Positions 1 to 8,559 of a DNA stretch of 64,000 nt are shown piece by piece (position 1 is the first letter of the stretch; each line of letters starts with the position of its first letter). The DNA is from Vicinamibacterales bacterium (GTDB lineage: Bacteria > Acidobacteriota > Vicinamibacteria > Vicinamibacterales > CAVVIG01). A program made the translations under genes and the position numbers. The stretch covers positions 5,273 to 69,272 of the forward strand of contig DATKHR010000379.1 of the NCBI GenBank assembly GCA_035510155.1, in the 5' to 3' direction. The notes under the pieces are model-generated. The model worked only from the letters and a program-made list of their open reading frames with translations, made no database searches and was not told the DNA's origin.

Positions 1-954
1 CGGCGTGACATACAGCCTCACGAAATCCACCAGGTCTTCGTCCCATGCGGCGCCGTGAAGCGTGGCGCCGCCTTCGAGCAGCAGGGACGCGACCTGCCTC
101 ATGCCGAGGCGGCGCAGCGCGTGACCGACCGTTCCATCGGTCACCCATACTTCAGCGCCGCGCGATTCGAGCGCCCGCCGCTCGGCGCCGCGGCTGGCCG
201 CGCGGTCACTTGCCACGATAATGACAGGCCCGGCGTCCAGTGTCGAGAGCAGGCGCGCGGTGGGCGGCATCCGCAGAGAGCGGTCGAACACGACCCGGAT
301 CAACGAGCGCTCGCGGTAGGCGCTTCGCGCGGTCAGCGCGGGGTCGTCGGCCAGAATCGTCCCCACCCCGACGCCAATCGCATCCACGGTCGCCCGCAAC
401 CGGTGGGCGTGACGATTCGCCGCGACAGATGTCAGGGACATGGGCCGGGCTGGGGAATCGGAGATAAAACCGTCGGCGCTCGTGGCTGCCTTCAGGATGA
501 CAAACGGACGCCCTTCGCGTATCAACGTGAAGAACGCCTGGTTGAGCGCCGTGGATCTCGCCGCCCCCAGTCCGACGTCGACGTCGACGCCATGAGCGCG
601 GAGGTACGCGAATCCACGTCCCTGGACCAGCGGGTTGGGATCCTGCACCGACGCCACGACTCGCGCGATCCCGGCATCCACGATTCGCTTTACGCACGGA
701 CCGGTGCGCCCCTGATGCGCGCAGGGCTCGAGCGTGCAGTACAACGTTGCGCCGCGGACCTGCGATCCCGCTTCCGCCAGCGCCAGGACCTCAGCGTGCG
801 GCTCACCGGCCCGCTCATGGTACCCCTGCCCGCGCACGACGCCGTCCGGCGACACCACCACCGCCCCAACCAGAGGATTCGGGCTCGTGCGTCCCGCCCC
901 GCGAGCGGCGTGGAACAGCGCGCGATCCATCCACCGTTGGTCGCCCGCGCTCAC
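1..954 (-). CDS. ribD: riboflavin biosynthesis protein RibD (pyrimidine deaminase / uracil reductase), 3' end cut by window edge
   Basis: Not in the ORF track because there is no stop in the window. My translation of the minus strand from GTG 954 gives VSAGDQRWMDRALFHAARGAGRTSPNPLVGAVVVSPDGVVRGQGYHERAGEPHAEVLAL..TLYCTLEPCAHQGRTGPC, which carries the deaminase zinc motif HAE..PCxxC. It is followed by reductase-domain-like FVILKAATSADGFI..LLLEGGATL. The start forms a GTGA overlap with the ftsY stop. Confidence 0.85.
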   Translation of the reverse strand, partial: MSAGDQRWMDRALFHAARGAGRTSPNPLVGAVVVSPDGVVRGQGYHERAGEPHAEVLALAEAGSQVRGATLYCTLEPCAHQGRTGPCVKRIVDAGIARVVASVQDPNPLVQGRGFAYLRAHGVDVDVGLGAARSTALNQAFFTLIREGRPFVILKAATSADGFISDSPARPMSLTSVAANRHAHRLRATVDAIGVGVGTILADDPALTARSAYRERSLIRVVFDRSLRMPPTARLLSTLDAGPVIIVASDRAASRGAERRALESRGAEVWVTDGTVGHALRRLGMRQVASLLLEGGATLHGAAWDEDLVDFVRLYVTP

Positions 955-1874
955 CACTTTTCCTCGAACAGTCCGTCGACGTACTCATCCGCTGAGAACG
1001 TGACGAGATCATCGATGCCCTCGCCGACGCCGACGTAGCGGATCGGCAGTTTCAGGTCGTTGGCGATGGCAACGGCAATGCCGCCTTTCGCGGTGCCGTC
1101 CAGCTTTGCAAGCACGATCCCGTTGACGCCCGCGACATCCATGAACGCGCGCGCCTGCTGGACGCCGTTCTGCCCGACCGTCGCGTCAAGCACCAACAGC
1201 ACTTCCTGCGGCGCTCCCGGGACTTCTCGCGCCGCGATCCGCCGGATCTTATCCAGCTCGTTCATCAAATTGGCGCGCGTGTGCAGCCGGCCGGCCGTGT
1301 CGACAAGGATGGGATCCCGCCTCCGCGCTTTGCCGGACGAGATGGCATCGAACACCACGGCCGCCGGATCCGCACCCTCGCGCGCGCGGACGATATCGAC
1401 GCCGGCGCGGTTGGCCCAGATCTCGAGCTGCTCGACGGCTGCCGCGCGAAATGTATCGGCGGCGCAGATGAGCGGCGCCCGGCCCTCGCGCTTCAGGAGG
1501 CTCGCGAGCTTGCCGACGGTCGTCGTTTTTCCTGTGCCGTTCACGCCAACGATGAGCGTGATAACCGGATGCTCGTCGATGGCGACCGGCCGGTCGACGC
1601 CGGCGAATACGTCCTTGATCTGCTGCTTGACGAGGTCACGGAGACTCGCCCCCGAAGGAGGCCGGTCCTTGACGGCCCGCAGGATGCGGTCAGTCGTCGC
1701 GACGCCGATGTCTGCCGAGATGAGCAGCTCTTCAAGCGCCTCGAGCGTCTCGATATCCACCGGACGGGATCGACGAGCAGGCTCGTCGGCGCGGCCGACG
1801 ATGTCTTCGAAGCGATCGACGATCTGCCGCTTCGTCCGGGCAAGCCCCTCCTTAATTCGACCGAGAATCGTCAC
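951..1874 (-). CDS. ftsY: signal recognition particle receptor FtsY
   Basis: Last 307 codons of ORF 951..2789(-). SRP-GTPase NG domain with GVNGTGKTTTVGKLA, DTAGRLH and AKLDGTAKGG. Start set to the in-frame GTG 1874, which overlaps the gpsA stop (GTGA). The longer upstream ORF part is R/G-rich and overlaps gpsA. Confidence 0.9.
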   Translation of the reverse strand: MTILGRIKEGLARTKRQIVDRFEDIVGRADEPARRSRPVDIETLEALEELLISADIGVATTDRILRAVKDRPPSGASLRDLVKQQIKDVFAGVDRPVAIDEHPVITLIVGVNGTGKTTTVGKLASLLKREGRAPLICAADTFRAAAVEQLEIWANRAGVDIVRAREGADPAAVVFDAISSGKARRRDPILVDTAGRLHTRANLMNELDKIRRIAAREVPGAPQEVLLVLDATVGQNGVQQARAFMDVAGVNGIVLAKLDGTAKGGIAVAIANDLKLPIRYVGVGEGIDDLVTFSADEYVDGLFEEKW

Positions 1875-2875
1875 CCTGCCTCCGCCTCCGCTCTCTGCCG
1901 TCTGAGCATCAGCGCCTCGATGGCCGACCGCACGTTGGTACGGCCGGCGAGCACTTCGGCCATCTGGGTCGCGATCGGAAGCTCGACTCCGTGTCGGGAT
2001 CCGAGGGCCAGCGCTGCCCCCGTCGTTCGAACGCCCTCTGCGATCATCTTCATACTCGCGAGAATTTCCGGAAGCGGCCGGCCGCGCGCCAGTTCGACGC
2101 CCACGTGCCGGTTGCGACTCAGTGACCCGGTGCACGTCAGCACGAGGTCTCCCAGGCCGCTCAGTCCTGCCAGCGTCTCTCGCCGTCCGCCCAACGCGCA
2201 TGCCAGCCGTGTGATCTCCGCCAGACCGCGTGTAATGAGCGCGGCGAGCGCGTTGTGTCCGAGGCCCAAGCCCTCGACGACGCCGGCAGCGATTGCGATG
2301 ATGTTCTTCATCGAGCCCCCGATCTCGACCCCCACGACATCGTCGCTGCCGTAAAGGCGAAGCGCCGGTCCCCGAAACTCGGCCTGCACGGCCTCGAGCG
2401 CGGCCAGATCCCTCGACGCCGCGACGATGGCGGTCGGCAGCTGCCCGGCCACCTCGATCGCGAAGCTCGGTCCCGACAGGACGACAACGGGGTAGCGCGC
2501 GGCTGTCTCCTCCGACACGACCTCGGACATCCGCAGCAACGTGTCGGACTCGAGCCCCTTCGTGGCGCTGACGAGCACGGCATCCGGCTCGACATATGGC
2601 GCGGCTGCCCTCACGACGGCGCGACATCCGTGGGAAGGGAGCGCCGAAACGACAATGGTTGAACCGCGAAGCGCCTCGCTCAGTTGGTCGGCCACGCTGA
2701 CCGTGGCCGGCATCGTGACGTCCGGCAAGTAGACGGCGTTCGCGCGGCGAACGCGCATCTCGTGAACCAGCCCCGCGTCTCGCGCCCACAAGGTGACGTG
2801 GTGACCTACACGCCCGAGATGAACGGCAAGCGCCGTTCCCCAGCTGCCCGCGCCAAGAACGGTGATCGCCCTCAC
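1871..2875 (-). CDS. gpsA: NAD(P)H-dependent glycerol-3-phosphate dehydrogenase
   Basis: Last 334 codons of ORF 1871..3316(-). Contains the ITVLGAGSWGTALAVHL dinucleotide-binding motif and GSMKNIIAIAAG. In-frame GTG 2875 overlaps the plsY stop (GTGA). Confidence 0.9.
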   Translation of the reverse strand: MRAITVLGAGSWGTALAVHLGRVGHHVTLWARDAGLVHEMRVRRANAVYLPDVTMPATVSVADQLSEALRGSTIVVSALPSHGCRAVVRAAAPYVEPDAVLVSATKGLESDTLLRMSEVVSEETAARYPVVVLSGPSFAIEVAGQLPTAIVAASRDLAALEAVQAEFRGPALRLYGSDDVVGVEIGGSMKNIIAIAAGVVEGLGLGHNALAALITRGLAEITRLACALGGRRETLAGLSGLGDLVLTCTGSLSRNRHVGVELARGRPLPEILASMKMIAEGVRTTGAALALGSRHGVELPIATQMAEVLAGRTNVRSAIEALMLRRQRAEAEAG

Positions 2876-3453
2876 GCGCGCGCCCCGAGGCGGCGTTCCG
2901 TGCCGGCCCGAAGTCGGACGAGATTCGAGCGGTGTCGGAAGAGGATCAGCGCGGCAGCCGCGACGGCCGCCACGACGGCTGGAGCGGGACTCCCGATGGC
3001 ATACGCCACCGGCGGGAGCGCCAGCGTAGCCAGAATCGATCCCGCCGACACATACTTGGTGAGCCAGACCGCTGCGACGAACAGAACGATCGCCGGCGGC
3101 ACGGCGGCAGGCGTCAGCACGGAAAAGACGCCGCAGGCAGTCGCCACACCCTTGCCGCCTCGAAAACGCAGCCAGACGGGGTAAATGTGGCCGACGATCG
3201 CTGCCACGCCGGCGATCGCCGGGCCCGACGAGTGATCGCTGAAGCGCGCGGCAATCATGACGCTGAGGGCGCCCTTCGCTACGTCGAGCGCCGCGACCAG
3301 CAGTCCCGCCACCCACCCGGAGGCGCGCACGACGTTCGCCGCGCCGAGATTCCCGCTTCCCGTCCTTCTGAGATCTGCTCCGAGGCGCCGGGCCATGATC
3401 AGAGCGAACGGGATCGAACCGATCAGGTAAGCGAGGGCGATAGCGAGGGTCAT
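2872..3453 (-). CDS. plsY: glycerol-3-phosphate acyltransferase PlsY
   Basis: ORF as given, 193 aa, multi-TM, with the GSGNLGAANV and GGKGVAT motifs of the PlsY family. Confidence 0.9.
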   Translation of the reverse strand: MTLAIALAYLIGSIPFALIMARRLGADLRRTGSGNLGAANVVRASGWVAGLLVAALDVAKGALSVMIAARFSDHSSGPAIAGVAAIVGHIYPVWLRFRGGKGVATACGVFSVLTPAAVPPAIVLFVAAVWLTKYVSAGSILATLALPPVAYAIGSPAPAVVAAVAAAALILFRHRSNLVRLRAGTERRLGARA

Positions 3454-4007
3454 GTCCCTGTCACGTTAACACGTGCGCGCTCCGTGTAGATTGGACCGGC
3501 GGATGACAGGCGGCTCTGATACAACGTGGCATGGTCGACGCTGACATACGCGAGCGGTTTGGGCAACTGGATCGACAGCAAGCTCGATCGGTCGCCGGAT
3601 CTCGACATCTTCCAACGCGCGATCGTCACGTGGGAGCTGAAAGACCGCGAATCGAGCCGGAGACCCACACGGTCCAGACGCCCGGCAATCTCGCTCCGCA
3701 GATCGTTCAGCTGCGGATCGTGGGATTCGATCCATAGGGTTCTCGGCGCACCGCGGGGCGGAAAAACGCCCAAGCCGCCAAGCCGCAGCTCGAATGGGGC
3801 CTGATTGATGGCTGGAGCAAATATCGCAACGATCGCGTCGACGCGGGCATCGTCGACCTCGCCGAGAAACGCCAGGGTGATGTGCAGGTGTTCCGGACGG
3901 ACCCAGCGGAGCGATGCGCCGGGGACCAACGTGCGCAGCCGCGCCTGTTGTCGAACGATAGCCGACCGCGCGGGTTCGTCGAGATCCACCGCCACGAACA
4001 AACGCAT
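3450..4007 (-). CDS. thpR: RNA 2',3'-cyclic phosphodiesterase (2H phosphoesterase, ThpR/LigT)
   Basis: ORF as given, 185 aa. Two HxT motifs (HITL, HVTI). ATGA overlap with the plsY start. Confidence 0.8.
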   Translation of the reverse strand: MRLFVAVDLDEPARSAIVRQQARLRTLVPGASLRWVRPEHLHITLAFLGEVDDARVDAIVAIFAPAINQAPFELRLGGLGVFPPRGAPRTLWIESHDPQLNDLRSEIAGRLDRVGLRLDSRSFSSHVTIARWKMSRSGDRSSLLSIQLPKPLAYVSVDHATLYQSRLSSAGPIYTERARVNVTGT

Positions 4008-4016
4008 GGTTGTTCG

Positions 4017-5297
4017 CTAGCCGGACAGCATCAGGCGCAACATGTTCATCGCCGCCTGCGCCGACTGAAACTTGACCATGTCGCGGCCACCGAAAAGCTT
4101 CAACGTCCGGCACTTCGTGACGCCATCGACGGTGACCGCGACCACGACGGTGCCAACCGGCTTTTCGGGCGTGCCACCGTCGGGACCGGCGATGCCGGTC
4201 ACGCCGATACCGACGTTGGTCTTCGAGCGCGCCGCCACACCCTCGGCCATCGCGATGGCCACAGGTTCGCTCACCCCGCCCTGATCGCGAATCAACTGCT
4301 CGGAGACGCCGAGCAACTCGATTTTCGCGCGATTGCTGTAGCACACGATCCCGCGATCGACGTACGCGGAGCTGCCCGGCACATCGGTCAGCCGCGACGT
4401 CAAAAGCCCGCCGGAACACGATTCCGCGACCGAAATCGTCAGCTTTCGTTCCTGCAACATCTCGCCAACGACCGCCTCGAGCGGCCGGCCGTCTATGCTG
4501 TACACGGACGGGCCAAGCACCCCGTGCAACTCGCTCACCGCCCGGTCCAGCGCGATCTTCGCCGCCCCGCGATCACGCGCGGCCGCGGTCAGGTGCAGCT
4601 CGATCTGCCCCAGGACTGCGAGAATCGTCGTCGAAATGGAAATCGCGTCGGGCGTTTCTGCCTGGAGGGGCCCTCCCCCCTTGTTCACCCACTTGGAGTA
4701 GACGGGCTGCGCGACCGCGTCGACCTCTGATTCAGGCCGTCCCGTGATTTTCAAGACGCGCCGAAAGAGCGCCACGCCGCCTGCCTTCTGTGCGAGGCGA
4801 TCACGGATCAGGGCGTCGAGCATCGGCGTCATCTCCCGAGGCGGTCCAGGCAGCAGGACGAGATCGGTCTTGCCGCGCGCCAGCAGAAGACCTGGCGCCG
4901 AGCCGGCCGTATTCTCAAGCACTGTGGCGCCCCGCGGGACCATCGCCTGGCGCCGGTTGTTGTCAGGCATGTTCAGGCCACGCGTTGCGAAGCGCTGGCG
5001 GAGGCTCGAAACGATGGCTTCGTCGGTGTCGAGCGGCAGGTCGAGGACGCGGGCCACGGCTTCCCGCGTGACATCGTCTTCGGTCGGGCCGAGCCCCCCC
5101 GTCACGATAATGAGCTCTGCCCAGCCTATTGACCCTTCGACCAGCCGAGCGATTTCATCCACGTCATCGCCGACGACGGCCTTCACACGGACATCGAAGC
5201 CGATGGCGTTGAGCCGTTCCGTGATCGCAAGCGAATTGGTGTCGACTTTGAACGGCGTCAGCATCTCGCTGCCGACGGCCAGGATGCACGCTTTCAT
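4017..5297 (-). CDS. cinA: competence/damage-inducible protein CinA (MoCF-like domain + NMN deamidase domain)
   Basis: ORF 4017..5366(-) trimmed to ATG 5297 (MKACILAVGSE). Contains IIVTGGLGPTEDD and the C-terminal CinA domain SCSGGLLTSRLTDVPGSS. Confidence 0.85.
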   Translation of the reverse strand: MKACILAVGSEMLTPFKVDTNSLAITERLNAIGFDVRVKAVVGDDVDEIARLVEGSIGWAELIIVTGGLGPTEDDVTREAVARVLDLPLDTDEAIVSSLRQRFATRGLNMPDNNRRQAMVPRGATVLENTAGSAPGLLLARGKTDLVLLPGPPREMTPMLDALIRDRLAQKAGGVALFRRVLKITGRPESEVDAVAQPVYSKWVNKGGGPLQAETPDAISISTTILAVLGQIELHLTAAARDRGAAKIALDRAVSELHGVLGPSVYSIDGRPLEAVVGEMLQERKLTISVAESCSGGLLTSRLTDVPGSSAYVDRGIVCYSNRAKIELLGVSEQLIRDQGGVSEPVAIAMAEGVAARSKTNVGIGVTGIAGPDGGTPEKPVGTVVVAVTVDGVTKCRTLKLFGGRDMVKFQSAQAAMNMLRLMLSG

Positions 5298-5313
5298 AGT
5301 GCGAATGTGGTTA

Positions 5314-5796
5314 TCACGAGTACCGCGCCGCAAGCAACGACACCGCCCGAACCGCGATGTTGGCATACACGCCCGCCATCGCGTCGTCAGCCATGATGCC
5401 GATACCGCCGTGGAGCCGTTCGAGGCGATTGGCAGGGTACGGTTTCACGATGTCGGCCGCGCGGAACACGAGAAACGCGAAGAGCGCTCCCCATCGCCCG
5501 ACCGGATTCATAAAGAGCGTGATGAGCATTCCCATCACCTCGTCGATCACCGCCTGGCCCGGGTCGGTGCGTCCGAAATGATGCTCGGCGACGCCGCTGC
5601 TCCACGATCCAATCACGAAGAGCACCAGGATCGTCACAGCGTGCGCGATCGCAGACGAGGGTAGAACGGCCCACAACGCGACCCCCGCTGCGGATCCGAA
5701 GGTGCCGGGCGCGAACGGGGCATAGCCAATGCCGCACGCGGTCGCGATGGTCAGCGCCGGGACTGTTCGGAGCGGATCCGGGATTCGGGATTTCAC
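5314..5796 (-). CDS. pgpA: phosphatidylglycerophosphatase A
   Basis: ORF 5314..5907(-) trimmed to GTG 5796, a GTGA overlap with the upstream stop. PgpA-like motifs GYAPFAPGTFGS, VIDEVMGM and IVKPYP. Codons 2-8 (KSRIPDP) are encoded by three heptamer units. Confidence 0.8.
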   Translation of the reverse strand: MKSRIPDPLRTVPALTIATACGIGYAPFAPGTFGSAAGVALWAVLPSSAIAHAVTILVLFVIGSWSSGVAEHHFGRTDPGQAVIDEVMGMLITLFMNPVGRWGALFAFLVFRAADIVKPYPANRLERLHGGIGIMADDAMAGVYANIAVRAVSLLAARYS

Positions 5797-6752
5797 ACGG
5801 ACGCGCGGACGACACGCGTGCCGGCGCAACGGTCGTGCAAGCCGCGATGATCGCGGCCGAAGAGGGTCAGGAACCCCAGGCCTGCCGGGATTGCCAGCAT
5901 AATCCACACAATCGTGCGGGTCATGGCCCGAGGGATATCGAGGGTGTCGGCAGGCTCCTCAGCCACGATGCGAATGCCAGCCACCATTTTGCCGAGCGTC
6001 TGGCCGCCCGCCGTGAAGGCGACGAGGTACCCGCCGTTCTGCACCACCAGGAATGCGATGAGCGGGACCTTCGGCAACATGCTGAGCTCTCCGGGCGAAA
6101 TGCCGCAGATCTGCATCGTGAAGTAGACGACGACGACGTCGACCGCAACGAGGATGAGGATGTCGATGAACGCCGCCGCCAGCCGCGCGGCGATGCCGGC
6201 GGGTTCAACTTCGTCAGCAGGCTCGACCAACCGCGGAGAGGGGCGCGCAACCACCGATCGACTCGCCAGGTCGCCTTCCGCACGTGGAGACGACACGACT
6301 CGGGCGGCGAGCGGAGACAGGGTGGCGCGCGGCGAGGACTGAAGGGCTTGGGCGTGGGACGAGATCTCGGGCGAGAGGTCGAGGGATTGTGCGCGGGGCT
6401 GCTCTGGACGCACGCGTGGCACTTCCGGCGTCGCCCGCCGCACAGCCAGTGGCGCTCGTGGCGGAGACGGCCGCGTGATCATCGGTTCGTGGTCGAGAGG
6501 CGCTGGGCCAAAGAGCGGCAGTTCGGCGTCCGTTCGCGCTGACCCCGGGTGCGACGCTGGTTCCAGGGGCACCGGCCGTGACGCCATCGCGGAGTCAACC
6601 AGCGACAGATCGTCGAGCGGACCGGGCGTTCGGCGATCGCCTTGCAGCGGCAGCTCGAGAAGCGGGGCAGGGGTCAGCGAGAAGTCGTATCCGCAATTGC
6701 GGCAACGCGCCACATCCTCGAAGCCGAGATAGCCGCATTTGGGGCACTTCAT
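5793..6752 (-). CDS. RDD-family membrane protein with N-terminal zinc ribbon
   Basis: ORF as given, 319 aa. It has a CPKCGY..CRNCGY zinc ribbon, a P-rich linker and a C-terminal multi-TM RDD-like domain (AARLAAAFIDILIL..GKMVAGIRIV). Confidence 0.7.
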   Translation of the reverse strand: MKCPKCGYLGFEDVARCRNCGYDFSLTPAPLLELPLQGDRRTPGPLDDLSLVDSAMASRPVPLEPASHPGSARTDAELPLFGPAPLDHEPMITRPSPPRAPLAVRRATPEVPRVRPEQPRAQSLDLSPEISSHAQALQSSPRATLSPLAARVVSSPRAEGDLASRSVVARPSPRLVEPADEVEPAGIAARLAAAFIDILILVAVDVVVVYFTMQICGISPGELSMLPKVPLIAFLVVQNGGYLVAFTAGGQTLGKMVAGIRIVAEEPADTLDIPRAMTRTIVWIMLAIPAGLGFLTLFGRDHRGLHDRCAGTRVVRASV

Positions 6753-7636
6753 GGCACGCGTCGTTCCGAACCGGACGCAGGCGGCGCCGGCATGGGCGTC
6801 AGCGCGAGGAGCTGGTGCTGAATCTCCGCACGAAGGCGGTCTGCCTCCTCCCTTTGCGGATCCGTCGCTCGAACCTGCGCCAGCACCGCGAGCGCCTCGT
6901 GAAGCCGTCCGCCGGCCATGAGCGCGCGGCCCCGCGCGAGCGCCATTTCACCTCGCCGCGGAAGCGGGAGTGTCAAGTCCTGCGGCACGGGAGCCACAGA
7001 GGGCGTGGAGGCTGGCTCAGCCAACGACAGGAACGGCAGCAGCAGCTGCCAGTCGGGTCTACTCGCGGAGACGATGTATCCCCCAAGCGCCAGGATGGCG
7101 AGGAGCGGCACCGCCACGAGCGTCAGCCGGACTCCGCGGCGAGATCGACGCGCCGATGAGTCAGCGTTGATCCGGGCGCGCCCCCGCTGTGGCGGCGAAG
7201 ATTCCTCCGCGGCCTGCGCCCCCGCTGAGGCGCTCCGGTTGATCCGCTCGAGGACCGCCAGCGCTTCGTCCGTCGGCGCGCCGCCTTCGATGGCCGCTTG
7301 CAGAAGCCGCCGGGCTTCGTCGCCCTCTCCGCGGTGAAATGCGGCGACTCCGTCGTGCAGCAACTCTTCCGACTGGCGTTGGCGCTCGGCGAGCGCGGTC
7401 CGCGCCCGTTCGATGTACGCGCGGGCGCGCGCATGATTGCGATCGAAAAAGAGCGCGCGCGTCCAGACGTTGATCGCCTGATCGTACTGCCCCGCGAAAT
7501 AGTGATCCAGACCGGTGAGAAGGAGCTGTTCGATTTTGGCGTCGCGATCGGCTTCCGAGGCGGCGCTGGCATCACCGCTCGCGTGAACATCGCGGCGCTG
7601 ATTCTCGGACAAAACACGCAGAGTATACTCGATCAT
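6749..7636 (-). CDS. membrane-anchored tetratricopeptide-repeat protein
   Basis: ORF 6749..7930(-) trimmed to ATG 7636 (MIEYTL). It has TPR-like helices (GLDHYFAGQYDQAINVWTRALFFD), one TM segment (LTLVAVPLLAILALGGYIV) and a C-terminal TPR-like part. ATGA overlap with the RDD gene start. The start is uncertain; in-frame ATGs also occur at 7645 and 7654. Confidence 0.55.
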   Translation of the reverse strand: MIEYTLRVLSENQRRDVHASGDASAASEADRDAKIEQLLLTGLDHYFAGQYDQAINVWTRALFFDRNHARARAYIERARTALAERQRQSEELLHDGVAAFHRGEGDEARRLLQAAIEGGAPTDEALAVLERINRSASAGAQAAEESSPPQRGRARINADSSARRSRRGVRLTLVAVPLLAILALGGYIVSASRPDWQLLLPFLSLAEPASTPSVAPVPQDLTLPLPRRGEMALARGRALMAGGRLHEALAVLAQVRATDPQREEADRLRAEIQHQLLALTPMPAPPASGSERRVP

Positions 7637-8534
7637 GGCTCTCATCGAATGCATCCCGAACGTCAGTGAAGGCCGTCGCGCCGAGGTCATCGCCGGCATG
7701 ACCGACGGTCTGCGAGCGATCACCGGCATCCGGCTGCTCGATGCCTCGTCGGATCCGTCCCACAACCGATCGGTGTTCACGCTTGCCGGCGACGCCGCCG
7801 GCGTCGAAGCAGCTGTGCTGGCGCTCTTCGAACGCGCCGTGGCCGAGATTGACTTGCGGACGCACAAAGGGGAGCACCCGCGGCTGGGCGCCGTCGACGT
7901 CGTGCCGTTCGTTCCCATTGAAGGCGTCACGATGGCCGACTGCGTCGCGTTGGCGAAGAAGGTTGGCGCGTCGGTTGCGGAGCGTTTCGGCGTCCCGGTG
8001 TACCTCTACGAAGAAGCGTCGACCAATCCGGCCCGCAAGAACCTCGAAGACATCCGGCGCGGCGAGTTCGAAGGCCTGGCCACGAAAATGCGGACGGCAG
8101 CGTGGATGCCTGACTTCGGGCCGAGCACGCCGCATCCCACCGCCGGCGCCTCGGTCGTAGGCGCGCGGATGGCGCTCGTCGCGTACAACATCAACCTCGC
8201 GACGAATCGACTCGACGTCGCCAAGAAGATTGCGTCCGCCATCCGCCAGAGTAGTGGCGGCTATCGGTTCGTCAAGGCGGCCGGGTTCATGCTCGACGAC
8301 CGTGGCATCGTGCAGGTCTCGATGAACCTGACCAATTATGAGAAGACCCCCATCTTTCGCGTCTTCGAGACCGTCAAGCGCGAAGCGGAGCGCCACGGCG
8401 TCACCGTCCTGGAAAGCGAGATCGTCGGTTTGATTCCGTCGGCGGCCCTTCTGAGCGCGGCCGAATACTACCTGCAGATCGAGCGCTTCAAGCCCGATCA
8501 GGTGCTCGAGAACAGGCTGAGAGAGGTCAGATAA
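7635..8534 (+). CDS. glutamate formimidoyltransferase (FtcD N-terminal-type)
   Basis: ORF as given, 299 aa. The N-terminus MALIECIPNVSEGRR is typical of formiminotransferases, and the length fits the transferase domain. Confidence 0.8.
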   Translation: MALIECIPNVSEGRRAEVIAGMTDGLRAITGIRLLDASSDPSHNRSVFTLAGDAAGVEAAVLALFERAVAEIDLRTHKGEHPRLGAVDVVPFVPIEGVTMADCVALAKKVGASVAERFGVPVYLYEEASTNPARKNLEDIRRGEFEGLATKMRTAAWMPDFGPSTPHPTAGASVVGARMALVAYNINLATNRLDVAKKIASAIRQSSGGYRFVKAAGFMLDDRGIVQVSMNLTNYEKTPIFRVFETVKREAERHGVTVLESEIVGLIPSAALLSAAEYYLQIERFKPDQVLENRLREVR

Positions 8535-8559
8535 GTCGGTGGGGTCCGCGGATGGCTCT

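Noticed and set aside
55-1038. 327-aa plus-strand ORF (and nested ORFs 206..697, 240..467)
   Set aside because: It lies antisense to a clean full-length RibD reading frame. Its composition is R/G/P-rich, typical of shadow ORFs in high-GC DNA, and there is no family resemblance.
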